Of a stretch of 32,000 bases of DNA, positions 15,337-23,624 are shown one piece after another. The DNA lies in NCBI RefSeq assembly GCF_000020025.1, contig NC_010628.1:7560001-7592000 (forward strand), read 5' to 3'. The DNA comes from Nostoc punctiforme PCC 73102 (GTDB lineage Bacteria; Cyanobacteriota; Cyanobacteriia; Cyanobacteriales; Nostocaceae). Under the pieces are notes generated by a model. That model did no database searches and was not told the DNA's origin. It saw only the letters and a list, made by a program, of their open reading frames with translations. Numbering within the stretch: position 1 is the stretch's first letter; every line of letters starts with the position of its first letter. The position numbers and the translations under genes were made by a program.

Positions 15337-15903
15337 TCACGACCGCAATTTATGAGCATTCATTCCGGTGAGGATACCAACTAGCAGCCAAGTGATAGCT
15401 AACCCCATAACTTCGCCTAAGAATAGTTGCGTTAAGTGGTGTAAAATCATCCCCACAGCAGAACCCACGGGGACAGCAACAGCCCAACTGATCGAAGAGA
15501 CAAATATCCATCGCCACGCCACAGGCTGGGGAATTGCTAACCATTGTGTCAATCCAATTCCCAAGCCACCAAGTGCGCCATAAATCGCTCCCGACAGGAT
15601 TCTCAAAGGAAGAATCTGAATGCTGGGTACAATCCAACCTACTGCACCAATACCGATCGCAGTGATGATACTCCAACCCAAAAGACTTGACAAAATCCAC
15701 CTGATGCAAAACACAGGTTCTTTGAGAAGACAACCTTGAGGAAGTGCGATCGCAAATCCGCCGATAGCTGCTTCTACCACCCCAACATCTGGCTGATCGC
15801 CAACTTCAATAAAAAGTAAACTCAATAAAAAACCGCCACAAGTAGCGATAGTCCACAGCAGTGTAAAGCTAAATCTAGTATTTTCCGGCGCGAATGGCAT
15901 CAA
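15337..15903 (-). CDS. Integral membrane protein (about 5-6 TM, 188 aa)
   Basis: Almost entirely hydrophobic with Gly/Ala/Ile/Leu-rich helices. Its start overlaps the stop of the upstream gene by 4 nt. Confidence 0.65.
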   Translation of the reverse strand: MMPFAPENTRFSFTLLWTIATCGGFLLSLLFIEVGDQPDVGVVEAAIGGFAIALPQGCLLKEPVFCIRWILSSLLGWSIITAIGIGAVGWIVPSIQILPLRILSGAIYGALGGLGIGLTQWLAIPQPVAWRWIFVSSISWAVAVPVGSAVGMILHHLTQLFLGEVMGLAITWLLVGILTGMNAHKLRS

Positions 15904-17147
15904 AGTTTTTTTGGTTTGAATTGTCTGACAGTTCTAGCATTAAACATCTCAAAAAAAGCTTTGCGTCGCTGTTGGGGCGATTCCGGTACAATGTAACCCC
16001 AGAGACTCTCCCAGTAGAAAAACGATATACCATTAAAATTGCGATCGCGTACTGCTTGAACCTGTTCTCTAACTTGTGCCATTTTCACAGGATTACGCAC
16101 CGTTCCCGTTGATATACCAATTTCTACAGGAATTAGACTTTGAGCCAATTTCACAGATGGTTGTTCTAATTGAGCAATAAAAGAGCTTTTATCATTTCGA
16201 TAAACCTGCAAAATTAACTCATTAACTAAACCTTTTTTTATCCAATTTTCCCAATCTTGCAAATAGTATTTGTAGGCAAAAGCTTGATAGTTTGGAGATA
16301 GGGATATTTTGATTTTGGGTTTCACCGCCTTCACAGCTTGATAGAGTTCTGCCATGAAATCAGTAATTTTGTCTGCCCGCCAACGCATCCATTCTGAGTT
16401 AAAAGGGTCGATGGGAGGACTTTTGCCTTGATGTTCTTGCTGGTAAAGTTCAATCGTGAAGCGATCGTAGCCAAACTGTACTGGCATCCCAAAATGGTCG
16501 TCAATCTGAATACCGTCCACATCATAATCTCTGACTACTTCCAAAATTAGCCCTCGGATAAACTCTTGCACTTGCGGATGTAAGGGATTCAACCAAGCCA
16601 GTTTACTTACTAAACTATTATCAATTTCTTCTGGTGGTGCATCTTGGATAGACTTTATACCTTCTTGCCCAATTGTTAACCAGTCGGGATAACGCCTTGC
16701 TAATTGTGAATAATGCGGTGTCATAAACCCATATTCAAACCAGGGAATGACTCTCAAATCTTTCTTTTTGGCAAGTGTCACTATCTTTGTTAAAACATCC
16801 TGTCCACCGTGCATGAAATTGAGGAAAGGTTGAGTATCTGAGCCTGTAGTCATTTCAGCTACAGCACTTTTATAAAAAGTATGTCCTCGGTTCCAAACCA
16901 CAGGATAAATTGTATTAAAATTGAGGGACGATAATTGGTTTATAGCCCGGTTAATGCCCCAAGGGACAAATAGTACACCACTAGCAACATTAGTGAGCCA
17001 AACGCCGCGAATTTCTGTAGGTAAAGGAATTATCTTTTGGGAATAAATTGGGAATGAAGAAACTGAAGAAAATGAAAAAACTGTTAAAGTGACCACTAAT
17101 CCCAAACACATTAAGTAAGAAACACAACGGCGAGCAAACCGATTCAT
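15900..17147 (-). CDS. Glycoside hydrolase family-10-like (GHL10/DUF187-type) lipoprotein or secreted protein
   Basis: The N-terminal signal-like segment is MCLGLVVTLTVFSF. The family is recalled from EIRGVWLTNVASGVLF, NTIYPVVWNRGHTFYKS, PWFEYGF and DGIQIDDHFG. Confidence 0.65.
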   Translation of the reverse strand: MNRFARRCVSYLMCLGLVVTLTVFSFSSVSSFPIYSQKIIPLPTEIRGVWLTNVASGVLFVPWGINRAINQLSSLNFNTIYPVVWNRGHTFYKSAVAEMTTGSDTQPFLNFMHGGQDVLTKIVTLAKKKDLRVIPWFEYGFMTPHYSQLARRYPDWLTIGQEGIKSIQDAPPEEIDNSLVSKLAWLNPLHPQVQEFIRGLILEVVRDYDVDGIQIDDHFGMPVQFGYDRFTIELYQQEHQGKSPPIDPFNSEWMRWRADKITDFMAELYQAVKAVKPKIKISLSPNYQAFAYKYYLQDWENWIKKGLVNELILQVYRNDKSSFIAQLEQPSVKLAQSLIPVEIGISTGTVRNPVKMAQVREQVQAVRDRNFNGISFFYWESLWGYIVPESPQQRRKAFFEMFNARTVRQFKPKKL

Positions 17148-17332
17148 TTGTAAGCGTGACCTAGTGCGATCGGAATATTATATATAACTACAAAATAAAA
17201 TTGTAATTCTCCGGAGTATGTGAATAAATGATGATTAAATAACAATTCAGGAGTCAGAACAGTTAAAGAATATAAAGTCAATTTTGTTCATAAATATACT
17301 TACAGCTATTTTCAGGTAAATAGACCATGCAA

Positions 17333-17360
17333 GTAGGGGCAATTCATGAATTGCCCCTAC
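17333..17360. repeat. 28-nt perfect palindrome GTAGGGGCAATTCATGAATTGCCCCTAC
   Basis: Perfect inverted repeat in the intergenic region. A related copy is at 31779-31810. Confidence 0.9.
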
Positions 17361-17561
17361 AACAGATAACAGATGTGGTTCAAATACATGAAAAGTGCTG
17401 TAACGATACCAAAACCTAATACTGAGATTTCGCGGTATCTACAAAATAAAGAAACACCTAAAAACTCATTTGAATTTACTACAAAATAGAAAGTCAGTGA
17501 TGCCAACGACAGCACTGACTCCTAACTTCATACAATAATTATTTTATTTTTTGGAAGTGCC

Positions 17562-18077
17562 TTAGTTCTGGATCGGCACCCTGAGCATAAGCGCACCCAC
17601 CTGGTCTGGCGTGGGACCGACCGGGAAATTGACGTGGCAGAGGGCACACTCCGCCCTTAAGTTGCTGAGAGGGATCGAGCGTCGATAGTACCATTGATTG
17701 TCTACCTTCTGAACGGACGTGTATGCCTGCCCCGCCATTGCCAGCGCGTTTGCCTGAAACTCGAAGTTGTCGCGGGGGCGATCGTTTTCCCGGAGCGGGT
17801 CAACAGTGCCAACCAGCCGCATATCCTTGTTCCGATCGTTAAATATCAGCGAGATGGACTGCTTGCCCTGCTCTACGTTCTGTGCAGTAGTTTCGTCGAA
17901 CTCCTGCGTCAGTGCAGCGAACAACGTGTTGAGCATGAGATCGCTCGTCTGTTGAGCGATCGCAACCTGCTGATTTAGGGGTGGAATTTCATAACCACGG
18001 GCAATTGCCGTGAAACAGAACCCGATGACGAGTATCAGCACAAAAATCCCATATTTGACTAACTTTCTCAGACGCAT
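17562..18077 (-). CDS. Secreted or periplasmic c-type haem protein (DUF3365/Tll0287-like, by recall)
   Basis: The N-terminal TM or signal segment is IFVLILVIGFCFTAIA. A single CXXCH motif (CALCH) lies near the C-terminus. Confidence 0.6.
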   Translation of the reverse strand: MRLRKLVKYGIFVLILVIGFCFTAIARGYEIPPLNQQVAIAQQTSDLMLNTLFAALTQEFDETTAQNVEQGKQSISLIFNDRNKDMRLVGTVDPLRENDRPRDNFEFQANALAMAGQAYTSVQKVDNQWYYRRSIPLSNLRAECALCHVNFPVGPTPDQVGALMLRVPIQN

Positions 18078-18548
18078 TCTCTTATCCCTTGGTTCTATAT
18101 TCTTTGGTACGGAGTTACTAAGTCAGTCAGACTGACTCAGCAACTCCGCATCACGGATAGAACCTTTACCCTGCCTTTTCATAAAAATTCGAGCCTATCA
18201 AGATGACCCAGACTCAGCCTTCGTCAGCTTGTAAAACACTTACAGCTTTCAGTTTGCAGGAGCCGAAATAATCTATGGTAAGCCGCTAGAAAAGCAAAAA
18301 ATTTCCAATATCCTGTCTGAGGAAGAGGGTTTTTATTCTTTTGTTAAGCTCAAATGTGAAGCTTAATACGCAGAATTTTACCAATTTACCCGGGAAAATA
18401 CAATACTGTAGCTGTCTATTTAATACAGCAACAAACCAAGGTACTTTTTCTGGCGATCGCAACGCTACACCAAGCTTTTGATCTAACTTTCTCCATCCTG
18501 TAAAAAGTCAAAACTTCATAAACTTATCATCTTCTTCATCATTCCTTA

Positions 18549-20036
18549 TTAAAATCTTTCCACACCTTCAAATTGCTTGATAGCTGATGCATTTGCTGCT
18601 TCACCACAAGTTCGTGGTGTGGGGAATATCTTTTCAGGATTTGCTAACCCTTTGGGATTAAAAACTTGTCGTACCCATTGCATAGTTTCTAAATCAACTG
18701 GGCTAAACATCTGTGGCATATAGCACTTTTTCTCTGCACCAATGCCATGCTCACCAGAAATACTCCCACCAACTTGGACACAAAGTTTGAGAATTTTTCC
18801 ACCCATTTCCTCTACTTGTTCCAATGCTCCAGGCACAGAATTATCATAAAGAATTAATGGATGAAGATTGCCATCACCAGCATGAAATACATTAGCAACA
18901 CGATAACCATATTGTTCGCTTAATGCCTCAATTTCATGCAGAACAAAAGGCAACTGAGTCCGGGGAATTACACCATCTTGCACATAATAATCTGGACTTA
19001 AATGCCCAGCCGCAGCAAAAGCAGCTTTACGTCCTTTCCATAATTTCAATCTGGTTTCTGGATCGCTAGCAGAAGTGACATTTCGTGCCCCATTCTTTTT
19101 ACAAATTTCAGTCACTCGCTGCTTATTTCCTGCAACTTCCACTTCTAGCCCGTCAATTTCGATTAGCAAAATAGCAGTAGCATCGCGGGGATAACAATTT
19201 GTGGCGACAACATCTTCAACTGCATTGATGCTGAAGTTATCCATCATTTCCATACCGCCAGGAATAATTCCAGCGCTGATGATATCAGAAACAGTTGCTC
19301 CAGCAGCTTCAATACTGGTAAAATCCGCCAACAGTACGCAAATTGATTCTGCACTTTTGAGAATTCGCAAAGTAATTTCTGTGGCAATTCCTAAAGTGCC
19401 TTCAGAACCAACAAACACACCTGTTAAATCATAACCAGGCATTTCGGGTATTTGTCCGCCTAAATCTACAATTTCCCCTTCTGGCGTGACAATTTTTAAT
19501 CCTAAAACGTGGTTAGTGGTGACACCATATTTAAGACAATGTACGCCACCAGAGTTTTCAGCAATGTTGCCCCCAATAGAGCAGATAATTTGGCTAGATG
19601 GGTCAGGAGCGTAGTAAAAACCAGCACCACTAACGGCTTGTGTTACCCAACTATTAATCACGCCCGGTTGAACAATTGTGCGCTGATTTTCCAAATCAAT
19701 GCTGAGGATTTGCCGCATTAAGGAAGTGACAATCAAAACAGAGTCTTCTACTGGTAAAGCACCGCCAGATAGACCAGTACCAGAACCGCGTGCGATGAAG
19801 GGGATAGAATACTGATTGCATATTTTTACCACTTGGGCAACTTGTTCTGTTGTTCTAGGTAATACTACTACAGCCGGACGTTGGCGATAGCCAGTTAAAC
19901 CATCACATTCATAAGTAATAAGTTCTTCACGGCGTTGCACTACGCCATTTTTGCCAAGGACAACCTCGAATGCTTTGATAATAGGTTTCCAGTTGTGTTG
20001 TTTTTTATCTTGGGTCAGCATAGTTTTAAAGTTCAC
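18549..20036 (-). CDS. glcD: Glycolate oxidase subunit GlcD (FAD-linked oxidase)
   Basis: 495 aa. The FAD-binding PCMH-type region is ARGSGTGLSGGALP. The C-terminal motif is GGSISGEHGIGAEK. Confidence 0.85.
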   Translation of the reverse strand: MNFKTMLTQDKKQHNWKPIIKAFEVVLGKNGVVQRREELITYECDGLTGYRQRPAVVVLPRTTEQVAQVVKICNQYSIPFIARGSGTGLSGGALPVEDSVLIVTSLMRQILSIDLENQRTIVQPGVINSWVTQAVSGAGFYYAPDPSSQIICSIGGNIAENSGGVHCLKYGVTTNHVLGLKIVTPEGEIVDLGGQIPEMPGYDLTGVFVGSEGTLGIATEITLRILKSAESICVLLADFTSIEAAGATVSDIISAGIIPGGMEMMDNFSINAVEDVVATNCYPRDATAILLIEIDGLEVEVAGNKQRVTEICKKNGARNVTSASDPETRLKLWKGRKAAFAAAGHLSPDYYVQDGVIPRTQLPFVLHEIEALSEQYGYRVANVFHAGDGNLHPLILYDNSVPGALEQVEEMGGKILKLCVQVGGSISGEHGIGAEKKCYMPQMFSPVDLETMQWVRQVFNPKGLANPEKIFPTPRTCGEAANASAIKQFEGVERF

Positions 20037-20255
20037 TATAGTAACTTAGAGTTTAAAACAATACCCCAACTTTTTGAGTGATTTGTCATAGTTTTGAGCG
20101 GTTAACGACGGTTTGGCCATTGCGGCGTTCTTTCTTGCTTTACTGCTCTAGAACTTACGACAGGTTGTCTATTTGTCGCAAATGGTTATGTATTAGTTGC
20201 AAAGACTTAAGTAAAACTGATTAATGATTCCCCACTCATCATGTCAAAGTAGTGG

Positions 20256-20374
20256 CAATACTTCTCGCTTTGTGGATTTCTAATTCGGAATCGGGTTTGG
20301 GGTAAAGGGTAAAGGGTAAGGGTTAAAGGTTTTTTCTTTCCCTTTCCCCTTTACCCCTTAACCGAGAAGTATTG
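20256..20374. mobile_element. MITE-like element, copy 2 (same family as 1100-1207)
   Basis: TIRs are CAATACTTCTCG (20256-20267) and CGAGAAGTATTG (20363-20374). The interior is a GGTAAAGGG/CCCTTTACC hairpin. It is flanked by the identical 10-bp direct repeat AAAGTAGTGG (20246-20255 and 20375-20384). Confidence 0.8.
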
Positions 20375-20632
20375 AAAGTAGTGGTTTTAGATATGCCAAA
20401 TTTATCAATATATGTTCAAATAGTTTAAATCAGTTTGAAAATAGCAAATATTGACCATTCTTGCTCTAGCGCATTGGTATATCTAAAAAAAAATCTTGAT
20501 CTTATATCTACCTTAAGAAACAAAAATACAATTTGGTTTTATGTCTTCAGGTTTATGAAATCATGACAAACAATGCCTATAGTTGGGTCTTAGGTAGTCA
20601 CATACCTAATTTCGTAAGTGAGGCTAACAATC

Positions 20633-20920
20633 ATGTCATATCAAATCAACAGATCTAAGTTGTTTGTCGAGTTATTTGACGAACAACAAGAGCTAATCGC
20701 TGGTGGTGTAGACTCTCAGAGAAATCAGACCAATTTCGCTAGAAGACTTACAAAGTTAGACGGAAGGAGCAGATCTGGACCTCAAGGCAGCGAAGCTAAC
20801 AGTCAAGGCTCAAATGACGGTACTCAGACATCAGCATCACAGGCCTTACAATTAGGTGGTGCTGCTGTTCTACCTGCACTTGCCTTACCTCCTTTATTAC
20901 CAGGTCTGTTTACCGCTTAG
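20633..20920 (+). CDS. Double-glycine leader peptide precursor P1 (95 aa)
   Basis: The leader is MSYQINRSKLFVELFDEQQELIAGG. I prefer ATG 20633, which lies 9 nt after GTGAGG, to the GTG at 20618. The core is polar and ends in a hydrophobic Pro/Leu/Ala tail (LQLGGAAVLPALALPPLLPGLFTA). Confidence 0.8.
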   Translation: MSYQINRSKLFVELFDEQQELIAGGVDSQRNQTNFARRLTKLDGRSRSGPQGSEANSQGSNDGTQTSASQALQLGGAAVLPALALPPLLPGLFTA

Positions 20921-21943
20921 ATTGATTATTTCCACAGGTAATTTGAAAAAATCAGCTATTACATCATCAGAGCATTTAGCAAATTTAGGCAGAGAAAGAA
21001 GAGAAAGTAAAAAATAAAATGCCAAAAGTATTTTTTGTACTTGTTGGCTTTTATGACTTTTCTTAGTTTAAATTTGCAACTTTGAATCGAGTAGCTGATT
21101 ACTATAGAGACTACCTGTCTACTTTCACCACACAGCACCACCAATTTTATCATTGTGGTGCTGCTGGATAATCTGGAAATTCTAAGTTTCCGCTTCTTAG
21201 CCGATAGATATTCTACATCTTCATCATCTATCAAAATCATCGGCGAAAAGAGTATCAACGAGAAAGTTGTGAGTTAAGGTTTTCAACCATCCAAGAGCGA
21301 ATCTATTTTTTGTAAGACTTGTTTTTTACTATCTATCTTTTTTACCTGACCAGAAATCCAAATAAGTAATTTCAATACTTGTCTGTTATTTGACTCTGCA
21401 TAGAAACCAACCATCCAGATTCAGGGTGTAGGTTTGTAGTTAAGATTGTTTTGTTTATAAATAAAAAAGGGGGCAGAGGAGTTTATTGTAACTCGCTCAA
21501 CGTAAGTGAGGACTTTGAGGGAGTTTGAGCGTTCTCCTCTGTATTCTTACCGCGTTGCCCGCGTTTGAATCTTGAGAAAGATAAATTCGCTTATCTTGTC
21601 GCGCACATCTTTCTCTTCCCCTTTTACTAATTATAGACAATCATAAAACATTATGCTGGGAATTTTTAGCAGTATATACTTTCTCATTCTTGAATTTGGC
21701 AAACACTCCTGATGATAGCCCATTTCACATTGTGATTAGCTATCTGATTAATCTTGGCAAGATTAACATAGACTTTAATTCTTTAATATGCCCTGTGGCG
21801 TATGACCAAAGATATATATTTTTTTGTAGCATCTGATTTGCAATCAATGTATGTAAGATAATCAGCTTTGCAGCAAAAGAATTGGGGTTGATATTATATA
21901 AATCTGAGCTTTTGACGTATACATTTTCAAAAAATGATCTAAC

Positions 21944-23452
21944 ATGGCGAACTATTTAGTCCGCGAGGAAAACTATTTTGGAAATAGGTTTAATGAACCC
22001 AATCCAGAACAACTCCATGTAGTTGATGTTAACGAGTTTCTCCCCCATCTCAGCAAATGGACTAACATTGGCGGAGGAATTTTACTTACTACCTTTGTGG
22101 CTGCGATCGCTCTTACATCTATTCTCAGTTACAATGTCACGGTCAAAGTTCCTGCAAGTATTCGACCTGTAGGAGAACTACGGGTTGTTCAGTCTGCTAT
22201 GGCTGGAACCGTTCAAAACATTGATATTCAAGAAAATCAGGTGGTGGCTCAAGGACAAGCGATCGCTCAAATTGATAATTCTCGCCTTCAGACTCAAAAG
22301 AGTCAACTAGAAAATAGTATTCAGCAAGGTAAATTACAACAAAGTCAAATTAATGCTCAACTGGGTGAAATCGATACCCAGATTGCAGCGCAGACAAACT
22401 TAACCAACCGCACGCTTATTGCTGCACAAGCTGAATTAGATGGGACACAACGCAACTATCAAGATCAGCAAATTAAAGCTGCGGCTGATATGACACAAGC
22501 ACAAGCAGCTTTAATCTTAGCCAAGGTACAACGCGATCGCTTACTAAGGGAAAAAGTTTTAAGGGCAACTGTACAAGAAGCAGAAGCAGCTTTGCAAGTA
22601 GCCAAGGTGCAACGTGACCGATTGCAGCCGATAGTCGCATCGGGATCGGTTTCTCGCAATCTGTTTGAGGAAAAAGAACAAGCAGTTATATCTGCTCAGG
22701 CGAAGCTAGAAGAAGCTAAAGTTACTGCTAAAAATCTTTTGGAGGACAAAGAACAAGCCCTAAATATCGCGCAAACGAATTTAGAAAAAGCTAAAACCGC
22801 AATTAATGCCAGTAATGCTACAGTAATAGTGGCATCTGAACGGATTAAGCAGGAACGGGCTAGAGGTGAGGCTACTTTAGCCGCTTTGAAAAAAGAACGA
22901 GAAACCTTACTCCAGCAACGCCTTGAACTCCAAAAACAACTCGCTAGCAGCAGCAAAGATTTGCAACAGGTTCAAACCGACTTGAATTTGAGTGTGATTC
23001 GATCGCCAATCGCCGGAACACTGTTGCAATTGAATCTTCGCAACCCAGGACAAGTAGTGCAGCCAAGTGAAGCGATCGCTCAGATTGCTCCTCTCAACGC
23101 TTCTTTACTACTTAAAGCTCGTGTGCCGGCTCAAGATATTGACAAGGTAAAAGCAGGACAAAAAGTTCAAATGCAAGTTTCTGCTTGTCCCTATCCAGAC
23201 TACGGCACTCTCAAAGGAACTGTCAAAACAGTTGCACCAGATGCTTTACCTGTAAAAAATAATGGAAATTCAGGTGTAGCCCAGATAGTTGCTTATGAAG
23301 TAACTATTGAGCCACAAACTTCATATTTGAGTAGAGGCGATCGCCAGTGTCATCTGAAAGCGGGTATGGAAGGTAGGGCTGATATAATTTCCCGCCGAGA
23401 AACAGTGCTTCAGTTCATTCTCCGCAAAGCCAGATTCATCACAAATTTTTAA
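21944..23452 (+). CDS. HlyD-family membrane fusion/adaptor protein
   Basis: The N-terminal TM is IGGGILLTTFVAAIALTSILSY. It has a long Gln/Ala-rich coiled coil with a repeated LAKVQRDRL and a C-terminal beta domain. It lies directly upstream of the ABC exporter. Confidence 0.85.
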   Translation: MANYLVREENYFGNRFNEPNPEQLHVVDVNEFLPHLSKWTNIGGGILLTTFVAAIALTSILSYNVTVKVPASIRPVGELRVVQSAMAGTVQNIDIQENQVVAQGQAIAQIDNSRLQTQKSQLENSIQQGKLQQSQINAQLGEIDTQIAAQTNLTNRTLIAAQAELDGTQRNYQDQQIKAAADMTQAQAALILAKVQRDRLLREKVLRATVQEAEAALQVAKVQRDRLQPIVASGSVSRNLFEEKEQAVISAQAKLEEAKVTAKNLLEDKEQALNIAQTNLEKAKTAINASNATVIVASERIKQERARGEATLAALKKERETLLQQRLELQKQLASSSKDLQQVQTDLNLSVIRSPIAGTLLQLNLRNPGQVVQPSEAIAQIAPLNASLLLKARVPAQDIDKVKAGQKVQMQVSACPYPDYGTLKGTVKTVAPDALPVKNNGNSGVAQIVAYEVTIEPQTSYLSRGDRQCHLKAGMEGRADIISRRETVLQFILRKARFITNF

Positions 23453-23464
23453 TCAACGCCGTGT

Positions 23465-23595
23465 CGGGTGCAACTTTCTCTCAGACCTAACCCCCAACCC
23501 CTTCCCTACTAGCGTTGGGGAGCAAGAATCAAAGCCTCTCTCCCTGTGAGGGAGAGGAATGGAAGCGGGGTTCTAAAGATAAGTTGCACATCCCG
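23465..23595. repeat. Nostoc-type intergenic repeat/MITE remnant between hlyD and the ABC gene
   Basis: The terminal imperfect inverted repeats are CGGGTGCAACTT (23465-23476) and AAGTTGCACATCCCG (23581-23595). Internal hairpins include CTCTCTCCCTGTGAGGGAGAGG. Confidence 0.6.
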
Positions 23596-23624
23596 TTAAT
23601 CACTCATTTAATAGGTCTGTAACC

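Noticed and set aside
15350-15733. 127-aa same-strand alternative-frame ORF and 71-aa antisense ORF within the membrane protein gene
   Set aside because: They are Cys/Trp-rich nonsense frames. The 188-aa frame gives coherent TM helices and is coupled to the upstream gene.
20738-20790. GRSRSG in the P1 core as a PatS/HetN-like RGSGR morphogen motif, exported by a HetC-like transporter
   Set aside because: The residue order differs (RSRSG, not RGSGR) and no flanking similarity is visible. The heterocyst-inhibitor link is tempting but unsupported by the sequence.
20959-21258. 99-aa minus-strand ORF between P1 and hlyD
   Set aside because: Its low-complexity Lys/Phe/Leu composition derives from an A/T-rich spacer. 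There is no motif and no ribosome-binding context. It contains a 9-bp-stem hairpin (CAGCACCAC...GTGGTGCTG, about 21133-21163) that explains part of the open frame.
22465-22956. Two antisense ORFs (64 and 86 aa) inside hlyD
   Set aside because: They are typical shadow ORFs opposite a Gln/Ala-rich coiled-coil coding region.
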